From Chrysomallon squamiferum (lineage: Eukaryota > Animalia > Mollusca), in the NCBI GenBank assembly GCA_012295275.1, contig CM022673.1, positions 18,042,001 through 18,106,000 of the forward strand: a DNA stretch of 64,000 bases, in the 5' to 3' direction. This document shows, one piece after another, positions 53,126-64,000 of the stretch. The translations under genes and the position numbers were made by a program. Numbering within the stretch: the stretch's first letter is position 1; every line of letters starts with the position of its first letter. The notes under the pieces were generated by a model. The model did not search any database. It worked only from the letters and a program-made list of their open reading frames with translations, and had not been told where the DNA came from.

Positions 53126-55633
53126 TAGCTAGAGCAAAAATCGTGTTTTGAAACGCCCATTTTTCAGTTTTAAAACATACACTTTTTTCTTCACATTTAA
53201 CTTGCATATGTTATGCATCCTTTTTGCATTCAAAAGGTAAGCGAGATAGGAAGATATAAAAACAGAGATGCGACACTGATGACGGCATTTTTTTTCTTCA
53301 TATTTCTCTCCAAAGCAAACATCTCTGTCATTGTCTCCATTTTTAACATCGGCTGCAAAAGTCTACTTTAGGTAGTAGCAGCAAAGATTTAACTTGGTTT
53401 TAATTTGGAAAATTCTGTCATTGGATCATTGTGTGTGTATGTGTGTGTTCTCTGCCTTATGTACGGCTGATTAGACTGCACATAAATAATATTCGGGAAA
53501 GCACTGTTGCAGGAGAACAGGCCGATCACTACCTCAGAAACTCCGTCAAATATATGTATTTTTGTTTTTGTATGTATGTATGTATGTATGTATGTATGTA
53601 TGTATGTATGTATGTATGTATGTATGTTTGTATGTATGTATGTATGTTGCTGGTTATTCGTTGTTGTTGTTGTTGTTGTTGTACTTCTTCTTCTGCATCT
53701 TCTTCTTATTACTATTATTAATAGCAGTAGTGTTTGATGTTTTAAATTCTAAAATTGACCTGTTTTTTTAGTATTACGTATATTGCAGTATGTACACGAT
53801 TCATGAACGTGCCAAATGAATACAAAAGGACTTAAATGACTGCTCTGATTCCAGTGGCATGTGACGAGAGCATGCACAGGTCACGTGTGGTGGTAGCGTG
53901 TCACACATAGTGACTGGTATGTAAACATTACTCCTTTACGCAGTTCGAAGTCCAAGCATACTTTTGCAACCGATACTGAAAATGGAGACCACGGCTGAGG
54001 AGACTGCTTTGGAAAGAAATATGAAAAACATCCGTTCTTCCTCAGTGAATACACTCGATAGCTAATTGTTTGCATAATCGGTCAGTGTTACAGCTTCAAG
54101 GTTTTTATATCTGTACATACCTGTCTCACAGGTTATGTGATAGGCATATATAAACAATGCAGAGTTAGGGAGATAGGAGATGAACAGAATTACTGATATA
54201 TACATACATACACAGAGAGCGACAGAAGGAAAAAGAAAGAGAGAACTATAGAATGAAAGAAGAATGGAAGAGGTAGAGGAATAGAAAAAGAAGAAAGAGA
54301 GAAATATAAAGAAAAAGACAATGAAGAAAAAAGAGAGAGAGAAAAGTGAAAGAAATGGGAAAAGAGATAAAGAAAAAGGGAAATAAAAGGGAAAAGAGAT
54401 AAAGAAAAAGGGAAATAAAAGAAAAGGTAGAGAAATGTAGAGTAAATAAATGAGTGAACACAGTAAGAGCTGTGAGTAGAGACTTCATACACGTGATTGT
54501 CTTTTTCTTTCAGGTACATTAACTCTCTATTCTCGTTTTCTTTTCTTTTTTCTTTTTCTTTTTTTATAACAAAGGTGTGATTTTCATGTTACATGTTCTT
54601 GTTTGTTTAAACATTACTTACTTGAAAGTAGGAAGCGGTTTTTCTGTAAACATAAAATAGAATGAGTTGAACAAAGCCTTGCTGTCAGTACCATTAATCC
54701 AAATTCTGTTGTTATTTTTATATTAGTGATTAAACCAGTTAGGTGAAAATTAGTAGACGCTCGGCTAGTTTAATAACGTACAGAAACTGAACTGTCTGTC
54801 TTTCAAGTACCACGTCACAGCTCAGTTTCAACAAAATAATATATTCCAGCTCAAAATACTTTTCTTCTTTAATTTCATACTTTCAGCAGTAGGCTATGTT
54901 TTATTTTTCAGTTCACATTAGTTAGCAGAATTTTTTAATACAGGAATTGTATGGTCCTGGGACAACTGTATTGGTATTATAATATATATGTAATTTAAAA
55001 TAGCCTTTCCTGTTTAAATACATATTTTATTTAAAAAAAGAAAGAAAATTGATTCTGACATTCTTGTCACGTCAATTAAGCATTAAGTGATTAAACTGAA
55101 ATTACAACACGAGTATTAAACATTTTTTTTCTCAATACATCCATACAGGGACACACATTCACAACAAATCAGTCACACATACATACAGAAATACTTGTTA
55201 ATTATCTCCCATTAGAGTTTGTTTTCCACTTCCACCAGGTTATGTGATGTATTCACTGGTTACACATTGCTAATCAGGCTTATTACGTCAACACTTACGT
55301 CATCATCAAATGGTGACAATACACAGTGATAAGAACACTAATACTGAAGGAAAGGAGATTATCTGAAGTGAATGAGTTTGGTTCTCTTGTCCCGCGGCCC
55401 TATTCACAGTCAGGGTTAAAATTAATGGAGCATAACACACACACTGGAGAAATGCATACATCGCCTTTAGTAGTAGTAGTAAACTGCACTGTGTTTTTAC
55501 AAGTTTATTGTAGAACTGTGAACGTTTATTTTCTTTGTGTACGAGGGATGTGGAATATGGAGCACACAACGAAACAAAGGACTGAAACAATCAAATTATT
55601 TTCATCTCTTGTAAATTATGTGACAACAGCAGC

Positions 55634-55673
<40 letters not shown>

Positions 55674-56278
55674 ACAGTAGTAGTAGTAATAGTAGCGGTA
55701 GTAGCAGTAGCAGTAGTAGCAGCAGTAGAAGTAATAACGGCATCAAAAAATAATAGTAGTAGTAGTTAATGTTATAAATCCTAAAACTGCTCAGTTTTTA
55801 ATTTGTTAACTGTTTTTAATCATTTTTACAAGAGAAACAACTCATTTGAAGTACTCTTACATTTTCTAACAATTCATTTAAAAGCATAGTATCATTATGG
55901 TTGTAGCATGTACAGGATTCATTCATGGAGATACTTTATTATATAAAACAATGTTTTATGTAGAGCAGTTAGATTTACGAGTTAAATTGTCAAATGGGCG
56001 CAGCTACTGATTACCTTGCTACCTAAAATGGACGCAGGCGGCAATTAGTACAAATGCTATTGGTGTAAAAACTCTACAAAGACTGAGACAATGGTAAAAT
56101 TAATAATTATATTTACTGAATTGTCAATCACGGGGAATAACTACATCATGTATGCGTTTAAAATAAAATAAGAGTTGTATTTCCTTTCGTGGTTTCAACA
56201 ATAACAAAAAACCAAACCAAACACCCCCTAAAAAAAAACAACAACAAATAAACAAACCAAAATACACACACACACACA

Positions 56279-56365
<87 letters not shown>

Positions 56366-56798
56366 ATACACACACGAAAAAATAAAAAAATAAAACAACA
56401 ATAACCCCTCCCGAAACCCCCCAACAATAACTACCTACATGTGCATATATGTAGAAACTTGATAGATACATATAAAACACAGATGCGTACATACATGCTT
56501 GAATATAATCCCTACGACCATAAAACATATCCGTCCGTCCATCCATCCATCCATCCATCCATCAGTCTAGCTGTCCACTCATACATGCATGCATTCGTAC
56601 ATACCTTGTTGCATACATTCATGTACATACATTCATAAATATATGTATCTACATAGTAATTATATATATATATATATATGTTTGTGTGTATATATATATA
56701 TACATGTACACACACAGACATACGACCATACATATATACATGTACATACACATTATGTCGCATATATACTTATATATAAGTGTGTGTGTGTAAATATG

Positions 56799-56845
<47 letters not shown>

Positions 56846-57029
56846 TATATATTTATCTCTATATACACATATACATATATACACTGTACTCACACATGCA
56901 TAAAATCTAACTTGAATACAGATATTACTGCATACAATGTAAGTGCAGTTTAGTGATCAAGTATATTCATATTTCAAGTGCATACACACAATTCATTCTT
57001 CTTATCAGCAGCAGGGCACTTTAACAGTT

Positions 57030-57190
57030 GACGTGTTTTGACGTAATATCAGATTTGTGTGAAACCAGCGATCCATTCAGCAGCAGGACTCGGCCACCAG
57101 TCGTGTGATACAAACATTTATATCTGCTGCTAACTCGTTTTAACCGAGCAGAGGATCCTAGTGTGTGAAACGTATAATAAAATTGTAAGT
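57030..57190 (+). promoter_or_regulatory. Putative promoter and non-coding first exon, possibly of the C4orf45-like gene
   Basis: Unique, higher-complexity island with CRE-like TGACGT motifs (about 57029 and 57039), ending in a consensus GTAAGT donor at 57185-57190. The 63183 exon has an acceptor upstream of its ATG, so it needs an upstream exon. The pairing is inference. Confidence 0.35.
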
Positions 57191-57192
57191 AT

Positions 57193-59350
57193 GGTTTGTG
57201 TGTCGTGTTGTTTGTTTATTTGTCTGTCTGTGTGCCGTATTGTTTGTTTGTCTGTTTGCCGTATTGTTTGTTTATCTATCTGTGTGTCGTATTGTTTTTT
57301 TATCTGTGCGTCGTATTGTTTATTATCTGTGTGTCGTATTGTTTATCTATCTGTGCGTCGTATTGTTTATCTATCTGTGCGTCGTATTGTTTGTTTGTCT
57401 GTGCGTCGTTTTGTTTGTTTATCTGTCTGTGCGTCGTTTTGTTTGTTTATCTATCTGTGCGTCGTATTGTTTGTTTATCTATCTGTGCGTCGTATTGTTT
57501 GTCTGTGTGCCGTATTGTTTGTTTGTTTGTCTGTGCGTCGTATTGTTTGTTTATCTATCTGTGCGTCGTATTGTTTGTTTATCTGTCTGTGCGTCGTATT
57601 GTTTGTTTGTTTGTCTGTGCGTCGTATTGTTTGTTTATCTATCTGTGCGTCGTATTGTTTGTTTGTTTGTGTGCCGTATTGTTTGTTTGTTTGTTTATCG
57701 TCGTGTCGTTTGTCGTTTTGTTTGTTTATGTGCGTCGTTTTGTTTGTTTGTCTATCTGTGCGTCGTATTGTTTGTTTATCTATCTGTGCGTCGTTTTGTT
57801 TGTTTATCTATCTGTGCGTCGTATTGTTTGTTTATCTATCTGTGCGTCGTATTGTTTGTTTGTCTGTGTATTGTTTGTCGTGTTTGTTTGTTTATCTATC
57901 TGTGCGTCGTATTGTTTGTTTGTTTGTCTGTGTGTCGTATTGTTTGTTTATCTATCTGTGCGTCGTATTGTTTTTGTTTGTCTGTGTGCCGTATTGTTTG
58001 TTTATCTATCTGTGCGTCGTATTGTTTGTTTGTTTGTCTGTGCGTCGTATTGTTTGTTTATCTATCTGTGTGTCGTATTGTTTGTTTGTTTGTCTGTGCG
58101 TCGTATTGTTTGTTTATCTATCTGTGCGTCGTATTGTTTGTTTGTCTGTGTGTCGTATTGTTTGTTTATCTATCTGTGCGTCGTATTGTTTGTTTGTTTG
58201 TCGTATTTGTTTGTGTGTGTCGTATTGTTTGTTTGTCTGTGTGTCGTATTGTTTGTTTGTCTGTGTGTCGTATTGTTTGTTTGTCTGTGTGTCGTATTGT
58301 TTGTTTATCTATCTGTGCGTCGTATTGTTTGTTTGTCTGTGTGTCGTATTGTTTGTTTGTCTGTGTGTCGTATTATTGTTTGTTTATCTATTGTGCATTG
58401 TATTGTTTGTTTGTCTGTTTGTTTGTCGTATTGTTTGTTTATCTATCTGTGCGTCGTATTGTTTGTTTGTCTGTGTGCCGTACTGTTTGTTTGTTTGTCT
58501 GTGTGTCGTATTGTTTGTTTATCTATCTGTGCGTCGTATTGTTTGTTTGTCTGTGTGTCGTATTGTTTGTTTATCTATCTGTGCGTCGTATTGTTTGTTT
58601 GTCTGTGCGTCGTATTGTTTGTTTGTCTGTGTGTCGTATTGTTTGTTTATCTATCTGTGCGTCGTATTGTTTGTTTTTTTTTGTCTACTGTTTGTTTGTT
58701 TGCGTCGTATTGTTTGTTTATCTATCTGCGTCGTATTGTTTGTTTATTATTTGTTTGTCTGTGTGTCGTATTGTTTGTTTTGTCTGTGTGTCGTATTATT
58801 TGTTTGTTTGTCTGTGTGTCGTATTGTTTGTTTTATCTGTCTGTGTGTCGTATTATTTGTTTTTATCTGTGCGTCGTATTGTTTGTTTATCTATCTGTGC
58901 GTCGTATTGTTTGTTTGTCTGTGCGTCGTACTGTTTGTTTGTTTGTCTGTGTGTCGTATTGTTTGTTTTTGTCTGTGCGTCGTATTGTTTGTTTATCTAT
59001 CTATGCGTCCGTTTATTGTCGTTGTTTGTTTGTTTTCTATCTGTGTGTCGTATTGTTTGTTTTTATCTATCTGTATTATTTCGTATTGTTTGTTTGTCTG
59101 TGTGCCGTACTGTTTGTCTGTGTGTCGTATTATTTGTTTATCTGTGTGCCGTATTATTTGTTTATCTGTGTGCCGTACTGTTTGTCTGTGTGTCGTATTG
59201 TTTGTTTATTTGTCTGTGTGCCGTATTTTTTGTTTATCTGTCTGTGTGTTGTATTGTTTGTTTATCTGTCTGTGTGTGGTATTGTTAATTTATTTGTCTC
59301 GTATTGTTTGTGTGTCTGTGTGTCCTATTGTTTGTTTGTTTGTCTGAGTG
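57193..59350. repeat. 24-28-bp minisatellite, ~2.15 kb
   Basis: Unit GTCGTATTGTTTGTTTATCTATCTGTGC or GTCGTATTGTTTGTTTGTCTGTGT. It lacks stops in all three + frames, which explains the three ~700-aa ORFs. Confidence 0.95.
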
Positions 59351-60121
59351 TTTGATTATTTAACTCTATGTTTTTCTGGACGTTTGCTTATTGGTTTTGA
59401 ATCACATTGTCTTAGATAAGTATAATTTGTTGATTATGATAAAATATTATGTCTTCTTAATTACTTATCCGGCTGTGAGACTACTTATAACCTGACAGCG
59501 TGTCCCCCTGTATTAAAACTGTTACCCATTTGTCTGAAAGCCCTGGTACTTTTCTCGCGTTGAAAACTTTATTTAAAATACATATATAAGGGAAAGATTA
59601 CGAGGTTGCGTGTAAATACAGGGACACAGAAAAAAGCAAAAGAATAAAAATGGACTTTGAAGCTACGTACAGTAGTTCATTTACTCATATCATATATATA
59701 AAGCACTGACAACATTTAGCATTATACATAACACAACGTAATATTTCTATACACGTTTTTTTTCTTGCTTTTTTTTTTTTTTTTTTTTAACATGAGTTGA
59801 TTTATCTGAAAATAATGTCTTAGTCATATGAACGAGAAACACTCGACTTATTCCTGTCTCACAGAACAGTGCGAAAGGCTTGACCACGTCTGATAGAACA
59901 AAGTATCCTTTCTGACCACTTTGACTAATCACAATGCTAAGGTTTATCTAAAAAACATTTTGCAAATTTAAATATTAAAATTACATCTATATTGGAAAGA
60001 TAAACATCAAAGAGAAAATTTTAAAATTTTGATTGTCATTTTGTCAGTTTTATAGCGAAATATAAAATTATAATTTAGTGGAAAACTGATTCACCGACAG
60101 TCACAACTAAAATACCACAGT

Positions 60122-60338
<217 letters not shown>

Positions 60339-62129
60339 CGTACATACACAAACAAATACATGCCTACATACATATGTAAATCCATAAATACATACATACA
60401 TATATGCATACGTAAATCTCTAACGGGGTCTTTTATTTCTTTACCTCTGTCTGTCTCTCTGTCTGTATGTGTTTTTCAATGTGTCTGACAGATAAGTGAG
60501 ACACAGTAGGGGTTGATTTCTATCACACTCTAAGTGAGGTCGATGTGTGATTAATGTGAACGTCTCTACACCTCGTTCCCTCACCCCACTGACTGATACG
60601 CCACACCCCAGTGAGCATTAAAAAGCCTATTAAAAGACTATAATCTATTAACCTGTGAAGACGTTAAAAATGTCAGGGGTTGGAGAGCGTCTTACACATG
60701 TTCTGTAATTGATAGCGTTTACATATTGACAGCTATACAGTAAAAATATATTATCAGTCTGTTTTTCTGTTTTTGTGTATGTATGCATGCATGTATTTAG
60801 GAATGAATATTCTGTCTTATGTACGTCTGCACATAGACAATATTAGGGAACGCACTGACACAGGAGGACAAAGTCCAAAACGACCTCACAAACGTCATAA
60901 TCACATAATACTTGTGTTATTGTTTGTGTCAATATATATATACATATGCATAACTCACACACATATACACACAAGTAATGTGAAAACGTACACGTTGTTA
61001 TGACAACAAACTCAATGATTGGGACACAGTTTACTTTGCAGGATCGATCAGTACAATTAATGTAAAGTTAACAGTGAAAAATGAGAATATTTGTTTAACT
61101 ACACATTGATTATGAGCGGCTTACTCCAATACATGTAGTGATTACCAAGTGCAGCGTTCATTGTGGCTCTCTATTTATTATTTATTCACTGTCGACTCGA
61201 TTTGTATTTTGAATTCGTGTGTGAATGCGTTATTTGTGAACTCTGTTATTTGTTAGTTAAAAAATAACTCTCTTGTTTTCAGTTATTATGATAAATGTGA
61301 CGTTTCTTTTGAAAGGAAACTCCCGAGAGTGAGTTGTGTAAATAACAGAATGTCAATGAGTTTTAAACAGTTTGTTCGAAGAGAAATTCTATCAGCTTAT
61401 TTTATTTCATCCAATGTCCCAGCACGGTCTTTCTTTATTTTTTTGCAGTTAATACATAATTGTTTTTATGTTAGTAGGTAAACAGGTTAGTGAGAAACCT
61501 TTACGTTGAAATCTTATATACTGATATTTATTTCTGATAGTAGTATTAGTAGTGCATTATTACTAGTACTACTGCTACTACTACTACTTCTACTACTAGT
61601 TAACAGTTTACTTTTACCAAGCATTATATGATAACTATTTTATTTAGAGAAAAACATTTATTTCGTTTTATTATTATGCGTAATACGTTTGTTGTTTACA
61701 AACACCAAAACGAACACGACACCACATACCATATATATTTCCATTCTGTTACATACATACTAGAAATGCGTATCTGTCGAGATTCGATCCCAGACTCAAT
61801 GGATGTTAGAGCTCTCAACAGCAGCTGGTTCTCTAACGTGCTAGTGGTTGGTAGGTAGCCAATGGCAACTAATCTTAAGATCAGCTTACGGTTTTCATTT
61901 ACAGTCTGTGTACAGTGTGACATTACACTGAGTGAAAGGGTACACACAACGACACACGATACACCGTTTTATTACACAGGCAGGGTACGTTTGCTTTTAG
62001 TCTCTGGCACAACCTTTCCTTATACGTTCTCTTTTTCTTTCTTTTTGCATATAAATGCTTATTTTGTATGGTATAAATGATTAATGGTTGTTGTTGTTGT
62101 TATTATTATTATTATTATTGTCATTGTTG

Positions 62130-62164
<35 letters not shown>

Positions 62165-62258
62165 GTTATTGTTGTTGTTGTTGTTGTGTTTGTAATTCTC
62201 GTGTCCTGTCTGAAATATTCTGCAGCTTGCCTGGCTTCTGTATTTCTTCTACAACTGC

Positions 62259-62317
<59 letters not shown>

Positions 62318-63195
62318 TGATGATGATGATGATGATGATAATAATAATAATAATTATAATAACAACAAAAACAATAACAACAACAACAACAACATATTAC
62401 AATACATTACAATACCATATTAACATCACATAGTATATCAAGATAAGTCTACGCAGTACAAAACAAAGAGAAAATAGTCTGATATAATATTTATGAAAAC
62501 GGAGTACGCGTACACTAAGAAGAAATGTAATAATAATGAAGCTGTCAAATATCACATTGAAATGTCATTAATTATTGAGAACGTATGACAATGAGAAGTA
62601 TTAAATATTAACACGTTATTAATGAACATCACCAGTCTCTTTATGTTGAGCAATACCAGTCTATTATTTCTTTAGTTATTTATTAATGACGTCATTAACA
62701 CGATGCACGTATTACCCTGATGGTGCTAAATGCACATGTCTGTGGTCTGAGGTCAAAGTTCACAATTCTCTTATAGTTTGAGCATTGATGAACTTAATGA
62801 AAGTTGAAATATTTTTCTTGTTTTCTTTGTTCTATTGGAATTGGTCTATTTGAAATGAGTTAATATTTCTGATGTATTTGTTTCTGTTTATGTATGTATA
62901 TGTGTGTGTCCATGTGCATGTGTTTTTATGTGTGCGTGTGTTTCTATATGTGTGTATGCATATATGTATATATGTGTGTGCGTGCGTGTGTGTGTGTGAG
63001 TGTGTTATGTCCGTGCATCCCTTAATCTGTTTGTAAGGTTACATTTTTAGATTGCAATATTTATATATATATATATATATATTTATATTTAATTTTTCAG
63101 TAGTCTGTGAATTTACCAGTAGAATATGTATAACTAATTATATCTGTATAAATTTGGAAATAAACTTTTGTTTATGATATAGGCGTGGTTGAAAA

Positions 63196-63445
63196 ATGAC
63201 TGACAGACGCCAATCAAGTTCTAGCGAAGCCAGTACAAACTCTCAAGTGGTGCCCGCCCATCACAAATGGATGCCGTATGTAGGACCCGTAGTGTTTACA
63301 GGTAGACTGAGTTTTATGTTTCACAACTGAACGTTTTAATGTTGATTTTAGTAAAATAAAAGGAGAATGTTCTTATTAGTTGATGACGAGAATTAATAGT
63401 TTCCAGCATATACACACTTACACACAAATTCAACATATTCATATT

Positions 63446-63503
<58 letters not shown>

Positions 63504-63943
63504 CGGACTACATATATACACATACGCACGCACCTACTAAGATACTTATATAGGCATACATACATTCATATTCACACACATACACCAATCCACACATACA
63601 AACACACACACAGACGTACACACGCACACACACAGACGTACATACGAACACACCCTCCGATTTAATCCACACCTCGCCACCACATCCAGAAAGCTCGTAA
63701 TCCAAACCTCTGACTAATCTACGGTTTATCTCTTCACAGGTCCAAGCGGATTACGTGATTACCGAGCGACGACATTTGACAACTACCAGGCGATAGGAAT
63801 CGGACAGAGATCCCCGGAGTCCACTGGGGGTGTCCTACATCAACAGAACCGCCCCCGGGCAGATGTTTCAGAAAGCGAAAAACGGACAGATTGGTGAAAT
63901 AGGCTGGGAGTACGAGACATTCAGACTCGTGAAGGGAATTTAA
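63196..63943 (+). CDS. C4orf45/SPMIP2-like (DUF4562) small protein, 2 coding exons, frameshifted in this sequence
   Basis: Exon 63183-63301 (ATG 63196) gives MTDRRQSS...YVGPVVFT. Exon from 63740 gives GPSGLRDYRATTFDNYQAIGIGQRSPESTG. After a +1 shift at the G5 run (63826-63830) it reads VSYINRTAPGQMFQKAKNGQIGEIGWEYETFRLVKGI* (TAA 63941-63943). The FTGP..(L/I).DY, TG.(L/V).Y..R and GEIGW pattern matches my recollection of C4orf45-family proteins. Without the shift the frame stops at TGA 63895-63897. Confidence 0.65.
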
Positions 63944-64000
63944 ACTGTGATGTGAAACCGAGAACAGCGTGTTGTCTTTAAATCATTCTTTATTTTTATC

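Noticed and set aside
57161-59355. Three overlapping 696-728-aa Cys/Val/Leu-rich ORFs
   Set aside because: All three frames are open only because the minisatellite unit lacks stop codons. The array has frequent indels that are not multiples of three and shows no coding signature.

Overview
AT-rich, microsatellite-dense eukaryotic genomic DNA from an invertebrate animal, probably a mollusc or other lophotrochozoan (inferred from protein style only). Almost all ORFs in the supplied track are repeat artefacts. The real genes are spliced, and I rebuilt them by hand from GT-AG junctions and frame continuity. (1) + strand 135-11174: the last 14 coding exons of a BMAL1/CYCLE (ARNTL) clock gene. It keeps a C-terminal transactivation domain but carries Arg at the K537 acetylation position and Leu at the Trp of the Trp-Pro 'TAD switch'. 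(2) - strand, tail-to-tail with BMAL1: a tandem array of ammonium transporter (Amt) genes. Two copies are intact with 11 exons (30020-14510, 518 aa; 46655-36294, 509 aa). A third, 5'-only copy (53012-49339) is disrupted and fused just upstream of copy 2. The duplication also carried a decayed piece of the BMAL1 3' end. The two intact Amt copies show gene-conversion-like exon identity in which the surviving differences are almost all amino-acid changing. (3) + strand 63196-63943: a small C4orf45/DUF4562-like gene with a frameshift in a G run. Several minisatellites sit directly on, and appear to be derived from, splice donor or acceptor sites.
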